A stretch of DNA of 51,833 bases from a virus. Taxonomy: Duplodnaviria > Caudoviricetes. The notes beneath the pieces are model-generated. The model was given only the letters and a program-made list of their open reading frames with translations, was not told the DNA's origin and searched no databases. Made by a program: the position numbers and the translations under genes. The DNA lies in IMG/VR virus record IMGVR_UViG_3300013285_000003, positions 1 to 51,833 of that record, one strand, 5' to 3'. Positions 35,166-43,349 of this stretch are shown one piece after another; within the stretch, counting starts at the first letter, position 1; each line of letters opens with the position of its first letter.

Positions 35166-37691
35166 CTAAAGGTTGCTTTGGGCTACTTCGTTAAGTTTGA
35201 CTGCGGTTTCTGCTTGCTCTTTACGCAATTTGGCCTCGTCAACCGTCAGCTCCGCAGTCTTAATCCGCTCTTGCGTTAGGTTGTTCTCGGCATTCATTGC
35301 CACTTCAATCTGCTGACCTTGGGCTTTCTGAGCAAGCTCAGCCTGCAGGGCTTGTACTTTGTATTGCAAATCTGCTTGGTCTTTGGCGGCACGACGTTGT
35401 GTCTCAGCCATTGAGGCCTGCAGAATGGCTTGCGACTCCGCATCAGGCGGAGTTTGCATCTGCATCATTTGCTGGCGCATCTGCATCATCTGTTGCTGCA
35501 GTTGGGCAAGGATTGGCATGACTTTGACAAACACTTGTTGAGTATCCAATTGCATATGCTCAGAGGCAACCGCCATGGCCTCGTCAATCTTGTGAGCCAC
35601 CTTGCTCTCTTCGTACTTAGACAGGTCGATATCAGTGCCGTGAGTAACGTAGCCATTCATGCGTCCTTGATACCAGAGCATCATGTGTTGCTTGATGTGC
35701 TCTAGAACTTGTGGGGTGTACACAGGAGCGATCGCAGGGTTAGCACCAAGGTGAGGGTCTACCGCAAATGCCAAGTGCGTCTGGATGTGCGCTAATTGAT
35801 CCTGACGTGGGTAAGCATAAGCCATCTTACCCAATGCCATGGCTGCGTTCTCATCGGCTGCGTTCATCTCTTGCGGTTTAGCAGCGTTGGGGATCAGCTC
35901 ATTGGCGTTGGCAATCTTCAATTGCTTCATCACTCGAGCTACCACTGCACGGCGATCAAACTGCTCAGGAAATGTTTGCGCAAGTTGCAAGACGGACTGC
36001 ATCTGCGTGGTGCGCTGTGTTTCAGAAAAGATGTGGGGATCAGATACTGGGATCACGTCTGAGTTGCGACGGAAGTCCTCCTTAGTGATCTTTAGATCCT
36101 CAACCATATCGCCCTTGCGCTGTTCATCTAGATACCAGCGGTTGATGCGGCCTAGCACCTGCAAGACCCGACGCTGCGACTCATGCAGGCGTGCGTGGAT
36201 GGCAGAAAACACTACAGCGCCTTGCTCGATCAGCGCTTGAGTCGTGCCCACGGGCATATTAGAGTTAACGTCGGCAATCTTTTCTTCGGCGGTGGTGACG
36301 ACACCCTTGGCGGCGGTGTCCAAGTAACCCATCAGACTAAACAGCACTTGGCTAGGTGGGTTAAAGGGCATAGGCATGGCAATCTTACGAATGTCATCTA
36401 CCCCGGGGGCGCTCTCAATTTCTGTGACTTGGGTTACTTCAATTTCTGCAGTTTGCCCACTGACTCGGGCGCCCTTAAGTTTCAGCATGGTGGCTGAGTT
36501 ATTGATGTGAGCAGTATCCAAAAGAGCACGAAGGGCACCAGTAAGAGCAGCAGACAACCCACCAATAAGATGAGGAAGACCGATCGCATAAGCACCTCGC
36601 CATGGGATAAACTTGAATTCAATCAACCAATCAAGCTTGGTCATCGTCTCGTCGCCAAACTCCCAGTTGCGGTAGCAGCCGAGCACTTTGTTCTCTAGCT
36701 CGTCGACCATCAGAATGTAGGGGGCGGACTCGCCATCAGCGTATGAGTCTTCATCAATTTCAAGCCATGTGTAGATGTGATAGACACGGCGTAGGCCGTC
36801 CTCATTGTCTTGGTAGGTCTTACCCTCAATCTTCTCATTAGCCTGCTCAGATTTGGTTTGCTCAGGTTCTGAGGTAGCTCGTAGATAATCGATGTTGCGG
36901 TACAGGCCACGAGCAATACGGGCTTTAAACTCCCACTCACTGATGTCGTGCACCTCGGTCACTCGCTGGGCAGTGTAGAAGTTGGCAGCAGCAAATGGCA
37001 GCAACACGTTATCAATGGCGACAAACTCAGCACAAGGACGGCGTTTCTTGTCGTCCCAATACATCTTCATAAACTGTGAGCCACCTAGAGGTAGCTGCGT
37101 AAGCAATTGCTCGGTCTCGTCTTTGTATTCTTCGATCTGCTCGGTGAGCTGCCAGTTGATATAGTCACGCTTGCGCTCAGCGGTGGCGGTCTTCTCTTCT
37201 GTGACCTCGCCGATGATCTTGGTACGGGCTGGACCGTCAGGAGGAAATAGCTCTTTAATTGCTCGAGAGGCGAAGTCGACACAGGCCTCAGCCATGACAG
37301 GGTGAACGACACGACTGGCGCCCATGAAGTTGGCGCCGCCCGGTGCGTCATCACCCAGCCCCGTTCTGCGCAACCCCTCCGCATACTGCTTGTCTCTTTT
37401 CTCTCTATCTTGCCGATCCTTGTCAATCAGGTCTAAGTAACGTGACCCGATCTTCTCAAGGTCGTACAAGTTCATCGTTTCAGCGAGGTTCTCGTAGAAG
37501 TCCTCTTCGTCAGCTGGGCCACGGAACGAGTCTTCCATCCGCACAATGGCAGAACCGTCAGGCAACTCCTCAATCTCGGCCTCTTCGTCAGGCAGGTCAA
37601 CAATCATGCCGCCCTCTGGCGTTGATTCCATCCCATCAATGAATCGCCCGTATTCTGGGTCTACTGGCATTTCAGGCATAGTTGATCTCAT
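35166..37691 (-). CDS. Portal protein (P22-like, Q-rich C-terminal barrel)
   Basis: GASRVVHPVMAEACVDF, LPLGGSQFMKMYWD, FKFIPWRGAYAIGLPHLIGGL, PVGTTQALIEQG, PVSDPHIFS. Confidence 0.9.
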   Translation of the reverse strand: MRSTMPEMPVDPEYGRFIDGMESTPEGGMIVDLPDEEAEIEELPDGSAIVRMEDSFRGPADEEDFYENLAETMNLYDLEKIGSRYLDLIDKDRQDREKRDKQYAEGLRRTGLGDDAPGGANFMGASRVVHPVMAEACVDFASRAIKELFPPDGPARTKIIGEVTEEKTATAERKRDYINWQLTEQIEEYKDETEQLLTQLPLGGSQFMKMYWDDKKRRPCAEFVAIDNVLLPFAAANFYTAQRVTEVHDISEWEFKARIARGLYRNIDYLRATSEPEQTKSEQANEKIEGKTYQDNEDGLRRVYHIYTWLEIDEDSYADGESAPYILMVDELENKVLGCYRNWEFGDETMTKLDWLIEFKFIPWRGAYAIGLPHLIGGLSAALTGALRALLDTAHINNSATMLKLKGARVSGQTAEIEVTQVTEIESAPGVDDIRKIAMPMPFNPPSQVLFSLMGYLDTAAKGVVTTAEEKIADVNSNMPVGTTQALIEQGAVVFSAIHARLHESQRRVLQVLGRINRWYLDEQRKGDMVEDLKITKEDFRRNSDVIPVSDPHIFSETQRTTQMQSVLQLAQTFPEQFDRRAVVARVMKQLKIANANELIPNAAKPQEMNAADENAAMALGKMAYAYPRQDQLAHIQTHLAFAVDPHLGANPAIAPVYTPQVLEHIKQHMMLWYQGRMNGYVTHGTDIDLSKYEESKVAHKIDEAMAVASEHMQLDTQQVFVKVMPILAQLQQQMMQMRQQMMQMQTPPDAESQAILQASMAETQRRAAKDQADLQYKVQALQAELAQKAQGQQIEVAMNAENNLTQERIKTAELTVDEAKLRKEQAETAVKLNEVAQSNL

Positions 37692-38377
37692 TTGATGGGA
37701 TTTAATTGATCTGGCGATCGACGCATGAGGCTATTGATGAAATCAATAATGCCAGAGTTTGGGTTGGACATAGTATTAGGGACTGCTTTCATGGCGCCCT
37801 TAGCCGCACCGAGTGCTAGGGTAGGCGCTACAAAGGAAGACACCAACTCACCCATGGGGTGCTCAGCTTCAGTAATAATCCCGTATTCACGCATGAGGTT
37901 CTTGAGGTGCTCGGAAGACATGTATGTTGGCTCGCTTGGTGGGCGGGTAATACCACTTACCACAGGGGGCGCTGCCAGCGGGTCTTGGTCAAGGTTCTTG
38001 TATCTGCCCTTGTTGGAGTGCAGCATCTCGCTCTCTTTATATGAGGGCGTTGAGTTCAGCATATCAATAAGATCTATGGGTGACATTGATGCCAGCCCTT
38101 TGAGGAACAGATCAGGCAATGTGCGTGCGTCGTAGCTTTGAATCTCTTTTGCCAAACCCTCTGGTAAGTAATCAAAGATAGATTTGCCGTATTGCTTAGG
38201 CTCAGGCGCCCTGTTCTGCAATGCCTCAACCTGCAAGGTAGGACTCAACCCTTGGTGCGAATATGACTCGCTAAAGGGTTTGATTGAGACATCACCGTAA
38301 ACATCAGGCTCACGAGACAATCCTTGAAAAGGTCTGTTCAAGTCGTAGCCTAGCAGATCATTGATGGAGTTAGCCAT
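37688..38377 (-). CDS. Hypothetical protein between TerL and portal
   Basis: 229 aa, overlaps both neighbours. Confidence 0.65.
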   Translation of the reverse strand: MANSINDLLGYDLNRPFQGLSREPDVYGDVSIKPFSESYSHQGLSPTLQVEALQNRAPEPKQYGKSIFDYLPEGLAKEIQSYDARTLPDLFLKGLASMSPIDLIDMLNSTPSYKESEMLHSNKGRYKNLDQDPLAAPPVVSGITRPPSEPTYMSSEHLKNLMREYGIITEAEHPMGELVSSFVAPTLALGAAKGAMKAVPNTMSNPNSGIIDFINSLMRRSPDQLNPIK

Positions 38378-40520
38378 ATTCGGCCTCGTGTTGTTTGACT
38401 AGCATGGCGTGGGTCATCTCGTGGATGTCGCCGTTGTCTAGTGCGTGGTCAAATAATGAGCGCATGATATCGCCGCCGTCTTTAACGTGCTGTGAATCAA
38501 AGGTCTCATAGCGAGCACTGCCACCTGCAGGCTCTGGCGTCATACCACCAATTTGTGAGTGTACAGCGCCACCCTTAGCCTTAGTGATGCTTGGCTCATT
38601 AGGGTCGTAAGTACCACGGTTGCCAATGGCTGACTTCAATTGGCGCTCAGGCTCAAGCATGATGTACTCGTGCGGTGTACCAGTCTTGTGTGGATCAGCG
38701 AGGTGGATATAACCGTAACCTGCGTCCTTGACCTCATCTGCCCACTGCTTTGGCATGACCTCTGGAAACTCTTTGCTACCTTTGGCAAACGTCTGTTGCG
38801 CCCAGTCGAGCATTGCCTGATCGTCCAACATCAAAGGGTTCTTTGCGTTGCTGTAGACGGGCATTACGTTCGTGCCTTCTCTAAACTCACCATTACGGCT
38901 TTTGACGTTGTGCGCTGCAGGTTGATAAGTCGGATTGTCCGTCAACCAAGTTGCATGACCGCTAATTGTTGGGTCAACGCCACCAGCCCTAAACTGATCA
39001 AAATCTTTGGTGGTTATATGAAAAAGCTTTTTAGGGTCGCCAGATTCTGTTCGTATTGGGCTACCGCTTAGCCATCGTGCAAGGTTCTCCTCTGCATCAA
39101 GTTTGCTCAATGCACCAAAAGCTTTTTTAACGCCTCCTGCCTGCATATGCTCAACCTGACCGCCGTCTTTGCGTTGTAGGCCAGTCGTGCGCACGTCAGG
39201 CATGCCTTCTTTTTTGTACCAAGGTAGCAACGTACCTTCGCCCGTCTCAATCTGTTTGAGCACCTCGGCACGAATGTTGGCAGGGTTGGGTTGCTTGCCT
39301 TGTTGTTGCAGGGTGTAGGCGTATTGTTTCTCAAGCAGATCGAGTGCATCACCTCGAGGAGATCTGAGTCCAGTTAACTCGCCACCACCAAACCAGCGGC
39401 CTGCCTGAGCCATACCGCCCGGCAAACCCAACTCCTTAGCAATCCCAAGCAAGCCCTGCTCACCTGCGTTGTACTCCGTGTTGCCAAACCCACCTGCCTC
39501 ATTAAAGTACGGATGGTAACGGCTACCTTGCGACTGGCCTGCCGCCTCATGGACATCAAGCACCACAGACTTACCAAAGTCACCAGCCTTCTGGGTGCCG
39601 TAGGTTGGAATCTTATAGTTGGTCGGAATGTTTGCAAGGTTGTGCTCACGCAAGTCCACGTTGTTCTCAAGGACGTTCTGCACCCCCGTGCGGTGGATGG
39701 GCATCAATGGTAAGCCCATACCAAATTGCTTTTTGAACTCAGCCATCTGCTTAGCAACTGTTGCCTCGTCTAAGGGTAATCCCTGAGCGTTCATGTTGCG
39801 CAAGAACTGACCAACCGCCATCTCATTCATAATTGAGTTGCGTGCCGAGGCAGGTGCAAGACTATGTATCCAGCTATCAAACTTAGATGCAGGCATCCCA
39901 GCCTCTAGCACCGCCTGTTTAATTGGGTAGAGCGAGGCATAGAACGATTCGCCCCCAAGTGGCAGGCCACGCATGATCTGTTTCTTTATTAGCTCACGGT
40001 TCTCAGGGTCGTTGTATAGCTCCTCAACGTGCGAAATATTGGCACGAGTAGGAATGTCTCGAGTAAATGATGATTGCTCAACCCCGGGGAAACCCTCAAG
40101 GGCATTTTTAATCGACGATCGATCGAAGGCTTGCAGTTCAGGCTTAGGCGGTACCCATGGTTCAGTAGCTTGGTCAAGAAACTCATTGGCCTTACGCTTA
40201 CGCTCCTCTACCACTTCGAGCGTATTCCTTAACCTTGATGGGGCGCTCTCGCTATAAGATGCGTCAGCCAAGTCACCATAAGTCTTTTGTAAAGCTGGCT
40301 TATGGACACGTTCCCAGTCTAGCTTTTTGGTCGCTTGCGTTGTGGCTCTCTTCAACACTTCAGCCTCAGACATCTTTGGGTTAGCCCCAGAGATTTTGTC
40401 AGCCAGCCTACGCATTGTTGAGTTTAAAACCTCAGGGCTATAAGCCAACGGAGCCACCGCCTCTATCAGGTGCTCGGGCAGATCAAACACGTTCTTGATG
40501 ATTTTCTTAACGTCTGCCAT
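38370..40520 (-). CDS. Polyvalent protein: HhH-glycosylase-like domain + ADP-ribosyltransferase-like (ART-PolyVal-type) domain
   Basis: aa ~185-380 FY..APASARNS..K..Y..VVLDVH..Y..AKELGL...AQAGRW; aa ~478-646 GDPKKLFHIT..FDQF..WLTDNP..NVMPVY..NPL..AGY..EYIMLEPERQLKSAIGNRGTYDP. Confidence 0.7.
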   Translation of the reverse strand: MADVKKIIKNVFDLPEHLIEAVAPLAYSPEVLNSTMRRLADKISGANPKMSEAEVLKRATTQATKKLDWERVHKPALQKTYGDLADASYSESAPSRLRNTLEVVEERKRKANEFLDQATEPWVPPKPELQAFDRSSIKNALEGFPGVEQSSFTRDIPTRANISHVEELYNDPENRELIKKQIMRGLPLGGESFYASLYPIKQAVLEAGMPASKFDSWIHSLAPASARNSIMNEMAVGQFLRNMNAQGLPLDEATVAKQMAEFKKQFGMGLPLMPIHRTGVQNVLENNVDLREHNLANIPTNYKIPTYGTQKAGDFGKSVVLDVHEAAGQSQGSRYHPYFNEAGGFGNTEYNAGEQGLLGIAKELGLPGGMAQAGRWFGGGELTGLRSPRGDALDLLEKQYAYTLQQQGKQPNPANIRAEVLKQIETGEGTLLPWYKKEGMPDVRTTGLQRKDGGQVEHMQAGGVKKAFGALSKLDAEENLARWLSGSPIRTESGDPKKLFHITTKDFDQFRAGGVDPTISGHATWLTDNPTYQPAAHNVKSRNGEFREGTNVMPVYSNAKNPLMLDDQAMLDWAQQTFAKGSKEFPEVMPKQWADEVKDAGYGYIHLADPHKTGTPHEYIMLEPERQLKSAIGNRGTYDPNEPSITKAKGGAVHSQIGGMTPEPAGGSARYETFDSQHVKDGGDIMRSLFDHALDNGDIHEMTHAMLVKQHEAEYG

Positions 40521-40523
40521 AGG

Positions 40524-41933
40524 TCACGCCGAGTAGGGGTTGGTACGCTTGGGTTTGACGTCAGCGTAGTCATCGTCATCATAACGTGGCTCAGGGTCAA
40601 TCTGCAAGAAACCCATATCTTTCAATAGCCTGATGGCCTGCGTGGTGCTATCCACATAGTCATCATGGGTGGAGTCAGGAAAACTACAGATCTGGCTCAA
40701 AAACCCCTCAGCCCAGTCTCGGACGTAACCCTTGCGCACGCTCGACTCGGGTAGCCAGACCCGACCTGTGGCGAAGATGGAGGCGGTGATCTGCAGGCGC
40801 TGCATCTTATCCGCCCGACCGGGGTTCCAACTCCGCACAGGCAGGTGGGCACGCTGCAGCTCCTGAATAAGCGAGATGCCTGCCGCCTTGTCCTCCACTA
40901 GTATCAGGTCAGGCCGCTTAGCCGTCTTGCCCTCACCATAGCTCACCTTGAACTCCTCAATTACCTTGGGCTTAAGGTCAGGGAAAGTCAAGTGCTCAGC
41001 CCAGCAGTCGATCAGTAGCACCGACATGGGGGCGTCTTGAGGCTTGAATACACCCCACGTTGTCATAGCAGTGGGATCGTTGTAGGTCTTCTCACTGAAT
41101 GCGCAGTCATAGCTTTGGATTATGAACTCGAAGTCAGGGAAGGGCTTGTCGGCAGGATAGAGCTTGAACATATCACGACTCACCACCTTGCCGTCTTCCA
41201 GATCCACGATCTGACCGAGCACCTCTTGTTCGTACAGCTTGCTGCCCTTGTATTGCTCAAGTTGGTTGCTGAACGTCGAGGCTAGGTTCTTAATATTGTC
41301 GTAGGTCGAGGCTCGATCAATGATGACGTCGTCACCCTCTCTACCCACCAGCTCAAGGATCAGATCCTTCGGTCGTGGCGTGGTGGTCACAATCACTCGA
41401 GGTCGGTCACCCAGACGCAAGCCCATCATCATCATATCCCACGCCTCGCCAGCGCCGAGGTATTGCATAGCTGCTAACTCGTCAGCCCAACAGAAGTGGA
41501 ACTGCGGACCACGCAGCCGCTCATACGAGTCACCCGAGATGCCTCTAATAGTAGAGCCGTTCACCAACGTGATCTGGTGATCCTGCTTGTTGTAGTCTTT
41601 GACCAGCTCCTTGGGTATGCAGGCCAGTAAGCCCGACGCTCCCTCGATGCAGGTATGCTTTAAATCGTTGCTGGTAGGGGCTAGGACGAGCGATCGGCTC
41701 TCAGGGTGTATCCATGCCCACCACCACAGCGCCTCGGCGGCACAGCGTGTTTTACCAGCCCCACGACCTGCTAACAGCATCCACACCGTCCAATCGGATT
41801 CCAGTGGGGGCGGAACCTGATGCTTGTGGGCGCCACCAATCCACTCGAGGTGGGCAAGTATGGCAATACGATCGTAGTCAGGCAGGCGCTCGTAGTCCTT
41901 CAGTAGATCGTCGTCGAGCAGCTCAGCCAGCAC
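40524..41933 (-). CDS. terL: Terminase large subunit
   Basis: LAGRGAGKTR Walker A, RLRGPQF..WADE, VTTTPRP, QSYDCA, VEDKAAG, HDDYVDS. Confidence 0.95.
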   Translation of the reverse strand: MLAELLDDDLLKDYERLPDYDRIAILAHLEWIGGAHKHQVPPPLESDWTVWMLLAGRGAGKTRCAAEALWWWAWIHPESRSLVLAPTSNDLKHTCIEGASGLLACIPKELVKDYNKQDHQITLVNGSTIRGISGDSYERLRGPQFHFCWADELAAMQYLGAGEAWDMMMMGLRLGDRPRVIVTTTPRPKDLILELVGREGDDVIIDRASTYDNIKNLASTFSNQLEQYKGSKLYEQEVLGQIVDLEDGKVVSRDMFKLYPADKPFPDFEFIIQSYDCAFSEKTYNDPTAMTTWGVFKPQDAPMSVLLIDCWAEHLTFPDLKPKVIEEFKVSYGEGKTAKRPDLILVEDKAAGISLIQELQRAHLPVRSWNPGRADKMQRLQITASIFATGRVWLPESSVRKGYVRDWAEGFLSQICSFPDSTHDDYVDSTTQAIRLLKDMGFLQIDPEPRYDDDDYADVKPKRTNPYSA

Positions 41934-42432
41934 GAGTCTTTAACTCAAGGTTCTTAATGACTTCAGCCAAGCGAGTCGTTGAGATATCTGAGGTGGTGAT
42001 CGGCGCCCCTCCCTCTACACCTTCATGCGCTAGTCGCTCGCCGTACTTCTTAGGCCGCAACTTCATGGCAGTCCACTTGCGTGCGTCAATGCGTTGCTTT
42101 TGCCATGCGAGGTATGTCATATCAAGTGTGGTGCGACCCTTCTCATCAGTGTAGGAAGGTGGCTCCTCGTCCGCAATCTTGAGGATCTGGTCGGCATTGG
42201 TATCGGCCTGCTCTTCTCTTGCTCTCGTGTATTTCTCAAGAAAGTCAGGATGGCTAAATAACCATGAGTACACTGTCTGCTGACTAGGGAACTCATCCTC
42301 TCTACAGATTTGTGCGAGTGACTCACCATTACTTAGCCTTGCGCAAATAGTCTCTGCAATGGCGTCGGTGTACTTTGATGGCCTACCCATTGGGTTGCCA
42401 GTAGTTTTGCGTTTAGGTTTTGGCTCAGACAT
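41923..42432 (-). CDS. terS: Terminase small subunit (Sf6/P22-like)
   Basis: GRPSKYT..ICARLSNGESLAQIC..TVYSWL..YTRARE..RIDARKW..PKKYG. Confidence 0.9.
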   Translation of the reverse strand: MSEPKPKRKTTGNPMGRPSKYTDAIAETICARLSNGESLAQICREDEFPSQQTVYSWLFSHPDFLEKYTRAREEQADTNADQILKIADEEPPSYTDEKGRTTLDMTYLAWQKQRIDARKWTAMKLRPKKYGERLAHEGVEGGAPITTSDISTTRLAEVIKNLELKTRAG

Positions 42433-42459
42433 GTTTTCAGCCCTCAGCTATTAGATAAG

Positions 42460-42663
42460 CTATTTTATCCCTAATCTACGATTCCATCTATCGGCAGCAT
42501 TTTGGGGACTGTCTTGCGACCACATTTGACAACCACATTCAAAATTAGGACATAGCACTCGCCAGTGTGTGTTTTTGCGCTGAGGTTCAAGCTTGGGTTT
42601 GTTGTCGCACAGGGGGCACGGCTTTAATCCTGCGGTAATTGCACTTAATTCTGCTGCTTTCAT
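42460..42663 (-). CDS. Lar-like (restriction alleviation) Zn-finger protein
   Basis: LKPCPLC...VLCPNFECG...AADRWNRR; AAGGGA SD before ATG 42663. Confidence 0.7.
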   Translation of the reverse strand: MKAAELSAITAGLKPCPLCDNKPKLEPQRKNTHWRVLCPNFECGCQMWSQDSPQNAADRWNRRLGIK

Positions 42664-42684
42664 GTCATCCCTTATGAACCGTTG

Positions 42685-42899
42685 GTGGTGAATCCTGAAG
42701 TGAGCACAGCCTATACCGTAGAGAATGTCTATGGTTTTCCGCTTATGCTCAAAACGATTGTGTCCGTTGTATGGAGCCACCTTCGTTCGCACTGTCCAGA
42801 CTTCTACGCATTACTGCGCTACCGCCTCGGCTCTAGACTTTCGCCCACCGCCCCCGCTTTAGGCTTGCTCGTGTAACGGGGTTTTGTATTAGCCACCAC
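42685..42899 (-). ncRNA. Putative ~215-nt multibranch structured RNA
   Basis: Closing helix GTGGTGG/TCACCAC around five hairpins, two with GNRA loops; several G-U pairs fix the strand. Confidence 0.6.
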
Positions 42900-42934
42900 T
42901 GACGTGCCGCATGGCGATCGTATTTGGATTCAAT

Positions 42935-43050
42935 AAAAAAAACCGCTTTAATCCATGCCCCGAGGAAAAGCAGTCTTTATGGGACTGACCCCCTTGCGGG
43001 GCGGGACATAGATTAAAACGGTCTTTATTCATCGGTTTTCCAGTCCGACT
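42935..43050 (-). ncRNA. Structured leader/attenuator: 5' hairpin, then a 21-bp stem with two inner hairpins and a U-tract (c4-like architecture)
   Basis: 43002-43022 pairs with 42942-42962 (3 G-U); inner CCCC-GCAA-GGGG and CAGTC/GACTG; U-tract follows. Confidence 0.7.
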
Positions 43051-43060
43051 ACATACTGCT

Positions 43061-43090
43061 ATTTTATCAACATAAATCAACACAGGTCAA
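43061..43090 (-). promoter_or_regulatory. Candidate late promoter TTGACC-18-(TGA)TAAAAT
   Basis: Extended -10 directly upstream of the structured leader and the lar-terS-terL operon. Confidence 0.55.
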
Positions 43091-43332
43091 GCGTCATCCT
43101 CATCTACAGAAAACCATTGCCAAAAAACAACAGGCGTTGACTCTCCGACATATGCGCCCTCGACGTTAAAGTCAATCCACTCATGCGCCTCATCCTCTGT
43201 CATGCCTGTCTGCATAAAGTGCTCAACCATCTTGTCGCCATCATACACGGCTCGCTCGACCTTCTTGCCATCTGGGTGTCAGACATCGCTGATACCCACC
43301 ATAGCGTCGTCTAATCCGTCAAAAAAAATCAT
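43087..43332 (-). pseudogene. Small conserved phage gene interrupted by an in-frame TGA at codon 18
   Basis: GGAGG SD; MIFFDGLDDAMVGISDV*HPDGKKVERAVYDGDKMVE..EAHEWIDFNVEGAYVGESTPVVF. Confidence 0.7.
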
Positions 43333-43349
43333 ATGTCCTCCGAGTTAAG

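Noticed and set aside
6627-42154. Numerous plus-strand ORFs of 60-150 aa within the late region
   Set aside because: They are antisense shadows of long, motif-bearing minus-strand genes, with no SD or recognisable motifs
42664-42792. N-terminal extension of the Lar-like ORF (110-aa call) and the 64-aa ORF at 42889-43083
   Set aside because: The SD and the Lar motif point to a start at 42663; the upstream sequence is better explained as structured RNA
43279-43281. Genome-wide TGA recoding
   Set aside because: Many genes end in TGA with ATGA overlaps and long genes are intact in the standard code; this is a single case
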